DNA of 58,187 nt from Calditrichia bacterium. Lineage in GTDB: Bacteria > Calditrichota > Calditrichia > JAJRVZ01. The position numbers were made by a program, and so were the translations under genes. A model generated the notes under the pieces. It saw only the letters and a program-made list of their open reading frames with translations. It was not told where the DNA came from and did no database searches. The DNA is taken from positions 1 to 58,187 of the forward strand of contig JAGLYF010000239.1 in NCBI GenBank assembly GCA_023132435.1. The letters are read 5' to 3'. This document shows positions 20,607 to 29,548 of the stretch, piece after piece (positions within the stretch are counted from its first letter, which is position 1; each line of letters starts with the position of its first letter).

Positions 20607-21701
20607 ATGAAAGAAGATAATAAAGACAGCAAGGCACCAAAGGCTGCACCAAAGCCTGCAGCTTCCGGAGGGGGTGCTGCTGCTTTTCGTTTAACCGGCT
20701 TCCCTAAAGAGTTTGAACGCAATATCTGGGAGGACATGGATAAGCGATATATGCTTATTATGTTGTTTTCCTGGGTATTTATATATGGTATTGCGATCAT
20801 TTTAGGTGCAATAGACTATGACGAGGCAGCCCTTGCTGCAAAGGCACGACAGAACTATCTGGATAAATTTTATCAAGCCGAAATTGTACCTGATATTGTT
20901 GATACAGAAGAAGATACTGGAGAAGGTTTTAGTGATGAAGGGGAAGAGGAGGAAGATGAACGAGCTGAACGTGATCGCGGTAGAACGGCGGAAACCCGTG
21001 GACCCTCAGCACGAGAGATTGCGCAGCAAAGACGAGCTGCTGCCGCTGCCAGAGGTGCTGCACGCCGGCAGATGGAACAGCAAATCGCCGGAACGGGTGT
21101 GCTAGGTTTGCTGTCGGCTGCAGGCGGAGGTGGTACCGGAGACGCGGTCGTGGATGTTTTGGGTGATGTAGGCGCAGGTACCGGCGATCTGAGCGATGTA
21201 CTTTCCGGTGTTGGTGGACTGGCCACAGCGACCTCATCCGGGCAACGATCACGCCTGGGAAGTCGAGGTGGCGGTCGAGTAAGCGGTAGCGCCGATGTTA
21301 ATGAACTATTATCCGGAATCGGTGGAGCTGGTTCAGCAAATATAGGTAGAAAAGGTTCGATCAAAATGGCTTTGGATGCTGCTCGTGTGAGTGGAAAAGG
21401 ATCAAAAGCAGCTAATAGAGGTAGTGACGAACTATCCAGAGTTATTAATAGTCATAATGATGCTATTGAATATTGTTACAAAAAAGAGTCAAAGCTAAAT
21501 CCAAATCTAAAAGGTGATATACAAGTTGAGTTTACCATAGGCTACAATGGACGGGTAAAAGCTGTTCGTATTGTCAGATCGTCCATGCGGAGTAAAAATG
21601 TCGAAAGCTGCATGAGTGGTCGTATCAGAGGATGGCGCTTTAAACCCATCGATAAGAGCGAAGGAGATGTAAAAGTAAGACAGAAATATATATTTGGATA
21701 A
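20607..21701 (+). CDS. AgmX/PglI C-terminal (TonB-like) domain protein (GltG-like)
   Basis: Single TM, acidic and Gly-rich linker with GVLGLL, C-terminal I..CY.KE.K.NPNL.G...V.FTI...G.V...WRF domain. Confidence 0.85.
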   Translation: MKEDNKDSKAPKAAPKPAASGGGAAAFRLTGFPKEFERNIWEDMDKRYMLIMLFSWVFIYGIAIILGAIDYDEAALAAKARQNYLDKFYQAEIVPDIVDTEEDTGEGFSDEGEEEEDERAERDRGRTAETRGPSAREIAQQRRAAAAARGAARRQMEQQIAGTGVLGLLSAAGGGGTGDAVVDVLGDVGAGTGDLSDVLSGVGGLATATSSGQRSRLGSRGGGRVSGSADVNELLSGIGGAGSANIGRKGSIKMALDAARVSGKGSKAANRGSDELSRVINSHNDAIEYCYKKESKLNPNLKGDIQVEFTIGYNGRVKAVRIVRSSMRSKNVESCMSGRIRGWRFKPIDKSEGDVKVRQKYIFG

Positions 21702-21719
21702 AAAAACCACCAATGTATG

Positions 21720-21751
21720 AAAAAAAAGCCACTTATAAGTGGCTTTTTTTT
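21720..21751. terminator. Bidirectional intrinsic terminator
   Basis: Perfect palindrome A8-GCCACTTATAAGTGGC-T8 after the cluster. Confidence 0.85.
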
Positions 21752-21795
21752 TATCTTATGGTGATAATTAAAAGTTTTTAAGAGAGATTTGATAA

Positions 21796-23565
21796 ATGAA
21801 ATATCGAACACACAATTGTGGTGAGCTTAGATCTGAGCATAAAGGACAGGTTGTACAATTATCCGGATGGGTAAAAAACTGGCGGAATCATGGAGGTTTG
21901 TTATTTATAGATCTTCGTGATCGATATGGTATAACACAGATAGTATTTAATCCACAGCAGGGCAAAACGCTCTATGAAAAAGCAATGACGTTAAGATCTG
22001 AATATGTCATATCAGTTCAGGGCAAGGTGAATTTGAGACCTGAAGGTATGGTTAATAAAGATATGAGCACAGGTGAAATAGAGATTACAGCCGAAAAATT
22101 GAATATTCTCAATGTTGCACAAACGCCTCCTTTTGAAATTATGGACGAAATAGATGTGCACGAAGAATTAAAGTTAAAATATCGGTATTTGGATCTTAGA
22201 AGAACTGCAAATAAAAATAATATTCTACTTCGGAGTCAGCTATATAAAATTGTTCGCGATTTTTTTCATCAAAATGACTTTGCTGAAATTGAAACACCTT
22301 TCCTGATGAAAAGTACGCCTGAAGGTGCCCGAGACTTTCTAGTACCAAGTCGAAATTATAAAGGGAAATTTTACGCATTACCTCAATCTCCTCAAATTTA
22401 TAAACAGATCCTTATGATAGCTGGGTTTGACCGGTACTTTCAAATTGTAAAGTGTTTTCGTGATGAAGACCTGCGAAAAGATCGTCAACCGGAATTCACA
22501 CAGATTGATATTGAGATGTCATTTGTAGATGAATCGGATGTTATGGATGTTTCGGAAAATCTGGTTAAAAAAATATATAAAGAAATAAAAGGTAAGGAAT
22601 TAAAATCTGAATTTCCAAGAATGTCATATCAGGAAGCACAGTCTAAATATGGTAGTGATAAGCCGGATCTCAGATTTGATTTGAGTATCACAGTTCTGAC
22701 CGATGTGTTTAATGAAACGCAGTTTAATGCCTTTTCCAGTGTTATTGATGATAAAGGAATTATCGCTGGTTTATGTGTTGAAGGTGCTGACCGGTTCTCG
22801 CGCAAACAGATCGATAAGGTAACCGACTTTGTAAAAAATCATGGAGCCAAAGGACTGGTATGGTTAAAACATCAGGAGGATACACTCGAAGGTCCAATAG
22901 TTAAGTTTTTATCCGATAGAGAGAAAAATGAGGTCATTCAAAAAACAAAATCAAAAAATAATGACATCATTTTTATAGTTGCCGGCAAAGAAGAGGAGAC
23001 CTTCTCTATTTTGGGAGAGTTACGATTATATCTCGGTGAATATCTTGATCTGCTAGATAAGACGAAAGATAGTTTTTTGTGGATCATTGATTTTCCGATG
23101 CTTGAGTTTGATCATGAGGAGAACAAGTTTGTTGCCAGGCATCATCCATTCACAAGTCCCATTACGAAAGATATTGATTTACTCGAGAAAGAGCCGACCA
23201 AAGTAAAAGCACGTGCATATGATTTAGTAATGAATGGAAACGAAATTGCCGGTGGGAGTATTCGTATCCATCAGGCATCACTGCAACAACGTGTATTTCA
23301 GATGTTGGGTATTTCAAAACAGGAAGCAGAAGATAAATTTGGCTTTTTACTGACCGCACTGGAATACGGTGCGCCGCCTCATGGGGGTATCGCTTTTGGT
23401 TTTGATCGTCTGGCAATGCTTCTGGCAAATGCAAATTCTCTGCGGGATGTTATTGCTTTTCCAAAAACAACATCTGCACTTTCTCTTATGGATGGTTCAC
23501 CTTCACCTGTTTCGGAAAAACAATTGTCTGAGTTGGGACTTCGTCTGGAGTCAAATAAAAATTAA
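21796..23565 (+). CDS. aspS: Aspartate--tRNA ligase
   Basis: RTHNCGELR, STPEGARDF, CFRDEDLRKDRQPEFTQ, GAPPHGG. Confidence 0.98.
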   Translation: MKYRTHNCGELRSEHKGQVVQLSGWVKNWRNHGGLLFIDLRDRYGITQIVFNPQQGKTLYEKAMTLRSEYVISVQGKVNLRPEGMVNKDMSTGEIEITAEKLNILNVAQTPPFEIMDEIDVHEELKLKYRYLDLRRTANKNNILLRSQLYKIVRDFFHQNDFAEIETPFLMKSTPEGARDFLVPSRNYKGKFYALPQSPQIYKQILMIAGFDRYFQIVKCFRDEDLRKDRQPEFTQIDIEMSFVDESDVMDVSENLVKKIYKEIKGKELKSEFPRMSYQEAQSKYGSDKPDLRFDLSITVLTDVFNETQFNAFSSVIDDKGIIAGLCVEGADRFSRKQIDKVTDFVKNHGAKGLVWLKHQEDTLEGPIVKFLSDREKNEVIQKTKSKNNDIIFIVAGKEEETFSILGELRLYLGEYLDLLDKTKDSFLWIIDFPMLEFDHEENKFVARHHPFTSPITKDIDLLEKEPTKVKARAYDLVMNGNEIAGGSIRIHQASLQQRVFQMLGISKQEAEDKFGFLLTALEYGAPPHGGIAFGFDRLAMLLANANSLRDVIAFPKTTSALSLMDGSPSPVSEKQLSELGLRLESNKN

Positions 23566-23803
23566 ATATGTGAAAAAATTTCACAATAAAACACAAAATA
23601 TATTTATATTTTACTATTATTGCCGAGTATATATATAAAATATTTAAATATTTTATAGGTCGATATCAGTAATATTCAAATCTTTCGGACTTATTATCAA
23701 AAACCGGGATTAATTTCTAAAAAAATAAAAAATCGGCATAAATCTTGCATCTAAATTATAGGGTTTTGCTCGTATTTTTATTTTCTATAAATATTATTAA
23801 AAA

Positions 23804-23866
23804 TTGACTTTATGGAAAAAATGTAATATTATTCTACTTGACAAATATTTGTATATTTATTATGTT
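23804..23866 (+). promoter_or_regulatory. Tandem putative sigma70 promoters
   Basis: TTGACT-17-TATTAT (23804-23832) and TTGACA-17-TATGTT (23838-23866). Confidence 0.5.
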
Positions 23867-23918
23867 AATCTCAATTCTATCTTAACCCATGATAAAAACT
23901 TTTTAGGAGGCTTGGAGT

Positions 23919-24197
23919 ATGAAACTGTTACTAAATTCACTTAAGGTGTTCTTGGCTATTGGTCTGCTTGCCGGACTTTTTGCCAGCTGTGCCAGCCATC
24001 CCGATGAAGACCAAATTAAAGCTCTTGAGGAAACAAAAGCAGCTACTTTATCGGCGGAACAGGCATTAGCCCAAAAGAAACAGGATAGTAGTGATCTTGA
24101 AGCGAAGCTTGAGGCAAAAAAAGCGGAGCTAGAAAAAGTGAAGAAGGAGAAAGAACTCGTTCTTCAACGTTTAGAACAGAAAAAATCAGAAATGTAA
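23919..24197 (+). CDS. Small coiled-coil lipoprotein
   Basis: Lipobox FASC, AGGAGG RBS, heptad-rich helix. Confidence 0.85.
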   Translation: MKLLLNSLKVFLAIGLLAGLFASCASHPDEDQIKALEETKAATLSAEQALAQKKQDSSDLEAKLEAKKAELEKVKKEKELVLQRLEQKKSEM

Positions 24198-24230
24198 TTA
24201 GCTTAGCTTTATAATTAGGAGGCATAAAAT

Positions 24231-25076
24231 ATGAAAGTCATGAAATTATTTCTTTATCTTATCTTAGCGCTGGCCCTCAGCTCCGTTTCATTCGCTCAAT
24301 CTTATAATTATGAAGAAATGGAAATGGATGAATATAATGCCTTGCTGCAGGAATGGCAGGCCAGACTTGATGCAGCGAATCAAGGAATTGCTGGTGAAGA
24401 TACAAAAATTGCTGATGTAACCAAACAGACTGAAGATGTACAAGCTCAAATTGATACGCTCTGGGGTGAAATTTATACCGCTCTGGGATCTTCAAAAGCT
24501 GAAGATGAAGCGTATAAAAAAGAAATTCAAGCGCTACGTTCAGATGTTAGCGCACTTCTTGGAATGAGCCCTGATGAGATCTACAGAAGAAAAGGTGAAA
24601 TACAGGGATTTAAGGATCGCGTGGCGGAGTTCAGAACAAATAATCTGGCCCTCTTATCAGATAATATGGCTGCTCTTGATAACATTGAGAGTATGATCAT
24701 GCAGGCAGAAGAAAAAGCAAAACCAGTACAACCAGATACTTATTCGGTTGTACGTGGGGATTTTCTGTGGAGAATCGCCGGAATGAACGACATATACGGT
24801 GATCCATATGCATGGAGCAGAATTTATACCTCCAATAGAGATCAGATAAAAGATCCTGATTTGATCTTTCCCGCGCAGATTTTCCAAATTCCAAGAGATG
24901 TTGGTCCTAATGAGCATCTTGTTATAAAAGGTGAATTCCTTTCCAAGATTTCAGGATACTCGAATGTTTACGGCAGCCCTTTCAAATGGCAAAAGCTGTA
25001 TGAGGCAAACAAAGAAGTTGTAACCGATCCTAATATAATTTATCCTTATCAGGTATTGTCTATTCCACGCAACTAA
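24231..25076 (+). CDS. LysM peptidoglycan-binding protein with N-terminal coiled coil
   Basis: Signal peptide; two LysM-type repeats (YSVVRGDFLWRIA...PDLIFP; HLVIKGEFLSKI...PNIIYP). Confidence 0.9.
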   Translation: MKVMKLFLYLILALALSSVSFAQSYNYEEMEMDEYNALLQEWQARLDAANQGIAGEDTKIADVTKQTEDVQAQIDTLWGEIYTALGSSKAEDEAYKKEIQALRSDVSALLGMSPDEIYRRKGEIQGFKDRVAEFRTNNLALLSDNMAALDNIESMIMQAEEKAKPVQPDTYSVVRGDFLWRIAGMNDIYGDPYAWSRIYTSNRDQIKDPDLIFPAQIFQIPRDVGPNEHLVIKGEFLSKISGYSNVYGSPFKWQKLYEANKEVVTDPNIIYPYQVLSIPRN

Positions 25077-25112
25077 TATTTTGTATGCAATAGACATAAA
25101 CATAATAGGTTC

Positions 25113-25158
25113 TAATAAAAAAGCTCTTAATCGTTCAGATTAAGGGCTTTTTTTATTA
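25113..25158. terminator. Intrinsic terminator
   Basis: AAAAAAGCTCTTAATC-GTTCA-GATTAAGGGCTTTTTTT hairpin. Confidence 0.8.
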
Positions 25159-25182
25159 AAAATTATAAAACGGAGAATTTAT

Positions 25183-26160
25183 TTGTCAGAGGAGTTTGAA
25201 AGAGAATTTCTTATTAAGGATACAGATTCACTTATCTTTTTTGGAGCCAACGATCGGAACCTCAAGATAATAGAGAAGCATTTTTCCGTCTTTATGTTTG
25301 GACGTGGAGATAAGATCACAGTTAGTGGTAAGGCAAAAGAAGTTGGTCAGGTTATTGAGCTCCTCAGCGAGTTAATTTTTATTATAAATAAAAATAAACG
25401 ATTAACCAGAACGGATCTTCTTACAGCGATACAAATCATTAAGGGAGAATCGCAGGAAGAAAAGGATGTTCCCAAAGCAAAGGACGAATTAAATTCTGTC
25501 GTATTATTCACAGATGCAGGGTATGTAAAACCCACTACACCCGGCCAAATAGAATATATGCAATCTACAAAAGATAATGATATCGTCTTCTGTATCGGTC
25601 CGGCCGGGACTGGCAAAACATACCTGGCCGTTGCCCTTGCCATCGCCTATCTGAATAAGAAAATCGTTAACAAAATTATTCTTGCCCGACCAGCTGTGGA
25701 GGCCGGTGAAAGCTTGGGTTATCTACCCGGGGATTACAGGGAAAAGATTGATCCATATCTTCGTCCTCTTTATGACGCCCTGACTGAAATGCTTCCGCGT
25801 GACCGCCTGCGTAAACTTATGGATCAAGAGGTGATAGAAGTTGTACCAATGGCCTTTATGCGCGGACGCACCTTAAACGATGCATTTGTTCTATTGGATG
25901 AAGCACAAAATTGCACATTCCTTCAAATGAAAATGTTTTTAACACGGTTAGGATTTAATTCCAAATCAATAATAAACGGAGATATCACCCAGATTGATTT
26001 ACCGGATAAAATATTATCCGGTCTCGTCAGTGTCCAAAATATTCTACAGGGTATTGAGGGGATTAAGTTTGTTTACCTGGGAGCAGAAGATGTAGTACGA
26101 CACCGTCTGGTTAAGGAAATAATTCATGCCTATGCCCAACGCAATGATAACGATTCGTAA
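25183..26160 (+). CDS. phoH: PhoH family ATPase
   Basis: GPAGTGKTYLA, RPAVEAGE.LG.LPG, MRGRTL, DEAQN. Confidence 0.95.
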   Translation: MSEEFEREFLIKDTDSLIFFGANDRNLKIIEKHFSVFMFGRGDKITVSGKAKEVGQVIELLSELIFIINKNKRLTRTDLLTAIQIIKGESQEEKDVPKAKDELNSVVLFTDAGYVKPTTPGQIEYMQSTKDNDIVFCIGPAGTGKTYLAVALAIAYLNKKIVNKIILARPAVEAGESLGYLPGDYREKIDPYLRPLYDALTEMLPRDRLRKLMDQEVIEVVPMAFMRGRTLNDAFVLLDEAQNCTFLQMKMFLTRLGFNSKSIINGDITQIDLPDKILSGLVSVQNILQGIEGIKFVYLGAEDVVRHRLVKEIIHAYAQRNDNDS

Positions 26161-26249
26161 CTAACATATTCTACACTTAGTTCACTGCTTGAATTAAAAA
26201 TGAAAAATATTTACATTAACTAGATTATTCTTTTAACAGGGGAAATCTT

Positions 26250-27434
26250 ATGAAATCTCTCAGAGAGGTGGTTATTGTTGGTGCCGTCAGAACACCAATT
26301 GGCTCCTTTATGGGTAGTTTAAGCTCACTTCCTGCCACGAAATTGGGAAGTATTGTCATCGATGAGGCTCTCAACCGTGCTGGAATTGAAAAATCGGTTG
26401 TTGATGAAGTGATAATGGGAAATGTATTAGTTGCAGGCGAAGGACAGGCCCCGGCCAGACAGGCCGCTCTGGGTGCTAATTTACCTGAATCGATAGAGTG
26501 TTTAACGATAAACAAAGTGTGCGGTTCAGGACTGAAATCAGTAATGCTGGCCTCCCAATCAATCATGGTTGGTGATGCGGATGTCGTTGTTGCCGGCGGT
26601 ATGGAAAGTATGAGTAATGTGCCATACTATCTTTTTAAGGCCAGGAATGGTTTTCGTATGGGCCATCAGAAGTTAGTAGATGGTATGATATTTGACGGAC
26701 TGTGGGATGTGTACAATGATTTTCACATGGGGAATGCAGCAGAATTATGTGCCCGTGAATGCAATATTTCCAGACATGATCAGGATGAGTTCAGTATTAT
26801 GAGCTATCAACGAGCGTTGGATGCTCAAAAAGCAGAGAAATTTAAAGATGAAATAGTAGCGGTGTCCATTCCGCAACGAAAAGGGGATCCTCTTATAATT
26901 GATACAGATGAGGAACCGACAAAAGTTAGCTTTGATAAGATTCCCACTTTAAAGCCTGTATTCGATAAGGAAGGTACTGTTACGGCAGCTAATGCTTCTT
27001 CGATCAATGATGGTGCAGCTGCGGTTGTTCTTATCGCTGAAGAGAAAGCAAAAGAATTGGGCCTCAAGCCAATGGCAAAAATCGGAGCACAAGCTTCAAC
27101 TGCTAAAAAACCGGAATGGTTTACCACAGCACCGGCTGATGCTGTACAGAAATGCCTGAAAAAAGCTGATCTGAATACCTCAGATATAGATCTTTACGAA
27201 ATAAACGAAGCGTTTGCGGTGGTTGCTTTAGCTGTAAATGAAATTTTAGATCTCAATGTAAACAATGTGAATGTAAACGGAGGAGCTGTTGCACTAGGTC
27301 ATCCAATTGGGGCAAGCGGTACAAGAATATTGGTAACATTATTGTATGAAATGAAAAAAAGAGCCGCAAATCGTGGATTAGCAGGCCTCTGTATAGGTGG
27401 GGGAGAAGCATCTGCATTGATAGTTGAAATGTGA
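26250..27434 (+). CDS. atoB: Acetyl-CoA C-acetyltransferase (thiolase)
   Basis: NKVCGSG, NEAF, GHPIGASG, CIGGG. Confidence 0.93.
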   Translation: MKSLREVVIVGAVRTPIGSFMGSLSSLPATKLGSIVIDEALNRAGIEKSVVDEVIMGNVLVAGEGQAPARQAALGANLPESIECLTINKVCGSGLKSVMLASQSIMVGDADVVVAGGMESMSNVPYYLFKARNGFRMGHQKLVDGMIFDGLWDVYNDFHMGNAAELCARECNISRHDQDEFSIMSYQRALDAQKAEKFKDEIVAVSIPQRKGDPLIIDTDEEPTKVSFDKIPTLKPVFDKEGTVTAANASSINDGAAAVVLIAEEKAKELGLKPMAKIGAQASTAKKPEWFTTAPADAVQKCLKKADLNTSDIDLYEINEAFAVVALAVNEILDLNVNNVNVNGGAVALGHPIGASGTRILVTLLYEMKKRAANRGLAGLCIGGGEASALIVEM

Positions 27435-27449
27435 AATAAGGGAGATGTC

Positions 27450-28298
27450 ATGGATGAAAATAAGATTTCGATTATTGGAAGTGGAACTATGGGTAATGGG
27501 ATTGCCCATGTATTTGCTGTTCGTGGCTATAATATAACTCTTATCGATGTAAGTGACGAAATTCTCGAAAATGCCCTTGGCACCATCAAAAAGAATATGG
27601 AGCGTCAGGTTAAAAAGGAAATAATTTCTCAGTCAGATATGGAAAAAGCTTTTTCAGAAATTAAGATCTCGACAGATCTTGAAAAAGCCGCTGACAGTTT
27701 TCTGGTGATAGAAGCAGTCACAGAGGTTAGTGTTCTAAAGAAAGAATTATTTCAGAAATTAGATAATATTTGTGACACGGATACAATTTTAGCAACCAAT
27801 ACATCTTCTATCTCTATTACTGAATTAGCTGCGGTAACACAAAGAATGAGTCAGGTTGTCGGCATGCATTTTATGAATCCGGTTCCGGTTATGAAACTTA
27901 TTGAAGTTATCAGAGGATTATCAACTTCTGATGAAACTTACCAAAAAATTCACGATGTTTCACTAAAACTCGGAAAAACACCTGTTGAAGTTAATGATTA
28001 TCCTGGCTTTATTTCTAACAGGATATTGATGCCAATGATAAATGAGGCAATTTATTGTCTGATGGAAGGTGTGGCAAACCGGGAAGCGATTGATACAGTC
28101 ATGAAACTTGGTATGGCCCATCCTATGGGGCCTTTAACATTGGCTGATTTTATTGGACTGGATGTTTGTTTATCAATAATGAATGTACTATATGATGGTC
28201 TGGGAGATTCGAAGTATAGACCGTGTCCTTTATTAAAAAAGCTGGTCGCAGCAGGTCATCTCGGCAGAAAATCCGGAAAAGGATTCTACGAATATTGA
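27450..28298 (+). CDS. hbd: 3-hydroxybutyryl-CoA dehydrogenase
   Basis: [26 protein letters not shown]. Confidence 0.94.
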   Translation: MDENKISIIGSGTMGNGIAHVFAVRGYNITLIDVSDEILENALGTIKKNMERQVKKEIISQSDMEKAFSEIKISTDLEKAADSFLVIEAVTEVSVLKKELFQKLDNICDTDTILATNTSSISITELAAVTQRMSQVVGMHFMNPVPVMKLIEVIRGLSTSDETYQKIHDVSLKLGKTPVEVNDYPGFISNRILMPMINEAIYCLMEGVANREAIDTVMKLGMAHPMGPLTLADFIGLDVCLSIMNVLYDGLGDSKYRPCPLLKKLVAAGHLGRKSGKGFYEY

Positions 28299-28302
28299 TC
28301 AT

Positions 28303-28758
28303 ATGGGCAAACGAAAAATTAAAAGAACTGAAGAACGAGAATTTGCCTTTAAGATGCTGTATGCTTGTGAGTTTAATCAAGATCCTTTTAATATACAAAT
28401 CGAGCGTTTGGATATGGCATCTCAGGAAAAGGCTACGCCATATGTAAGGCGGATAATATCGATTTATGAAACCTCAAAGGAAGAGTTTGATAAGTTAATA
28501 AAGGATAAACTCGAAAATTGGGATTTAAAAAGAGTCGCTATCATTGACAAGGTTATCCTGAGAATGGCGATAACAGAAATTTTTCACTTTGAGGATATTC
28601 CGCCTGAAGTATCCATTAATGAAGCAATAGAGTTAGCAAAAAAGTATAGTACGGCAGGAAGTGGTAAATTTATTAACGGTCTTCTTGATGCGATTTACAG
28701 AAAATATAAACAAAAAAAGAGCTCGAAGATAAAGAAAGAGGGAATATCTGCTGATTAA
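28303..28758 (+). CDS. nusB: Transcription antitermination factor NusB
   Basis: INEAIELAKKYS...FINGLLD. Confidence 0.95.
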   Translation: MGKRKIKRTEEREFAFKMLYACEFNQDPFNIQIERLDMASQEKATPYVRRIISIYETSKEEFDKLIKDKLENWDLKRVAIIDKVILRMAITEIFHFEDIPPEVSINEAIELAKKYSTAGSGKFINGLLDAIYRKYKQKKSSKIKKEGISAD

Positions 28759-28817
28759 AAAAAGTATTTAACCTCAGACTATACTAATATTACAGTTCGA
28801 ATTCGGGAAAGTATATT

Positions 28818-29534
28818 ATGCCTGTTGCAATTATATCAGATATTCATGGTAATCTTGAAGCACTAAAAGAAGCACTGACTTATATTGATGCCCATGCGAT
28901 CGAAACTGTCTACTGTTTGGGAGATATCGTCGGATATGGTCCAAACCCCAATGAATGCGTAGAAATAATAGCGGAGACATGTGCTCAGGTAGTAATTGGG
29001 AATCATGATCATGCCGCCATTGGCTTGACAAGTACAGAGTATTTTAATGACTTTGCAAAGATTTCTACACACTGGACGACTAATAATCTGACTGAAGAAA
29101 ATAAAGATTTTTTACATGGCCTGGATTTTACATTTGCTACGGACAAATTTTTGGCTGTTCATTCTACTCCATCTGCTCCGACGATGTGGCATTACATCCT
29201 TTCAGAGGTGGATGCTCAGCATGAATTTAAATATTTTGATGAAAAAATTTGCTTCATAGGTCATTCACATTTTCCAATTATTTTCAATAATCGGGCAGGA
29301 TTCACCCGTGCGCCTGAGGTTAAACTGGAGGCTGATGATAAATATGTTGTAAATGTGGGAAGTGTGGGACAACCAAGAGATGGAAACCCAAGGACCTGTT
29401 TTTGCGTTTATGATGAGGAAGAAGATAGCGTTCAATTTGTTAGACTGAATTACGATGTCAATAAAACGCGAGAAAAAATTATTAAAGCAGGGTTGCCAAT
29501 TTTTCTTGCTGATCGTTTAACGAAAGGATATTAA
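28818..29534 (+). CDS. Metallophosphoesterase
   Basis: SDIHGN, GDIVGYG, GNHD, GHSH, GSVGQPRDG. Confidence 0.92.
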   Translation: MPVAIISDIHGNLEALKEALTYIDAHAIETVYCLGDIVGYGPNPNECVEIIAETCAQVVIGNHDHAAIGLTSTEYFNDFAKISTHWTTNNLTEENKDFLHGLDFTFATDKFLAVHSTPSAPTMWHYILSEVDAQHEFKYFDEKICFIGHSHFPIIFNNRAGFTRAPEVKLEADDKYVVNVGSVGQPRDGNPRTCFCVYDEEEDSVQFVRLNYDVNKTREKIIKAGLPIFLADRLTKGY

Positions 29535-29548
29535 CCGAGGTTTATTTA

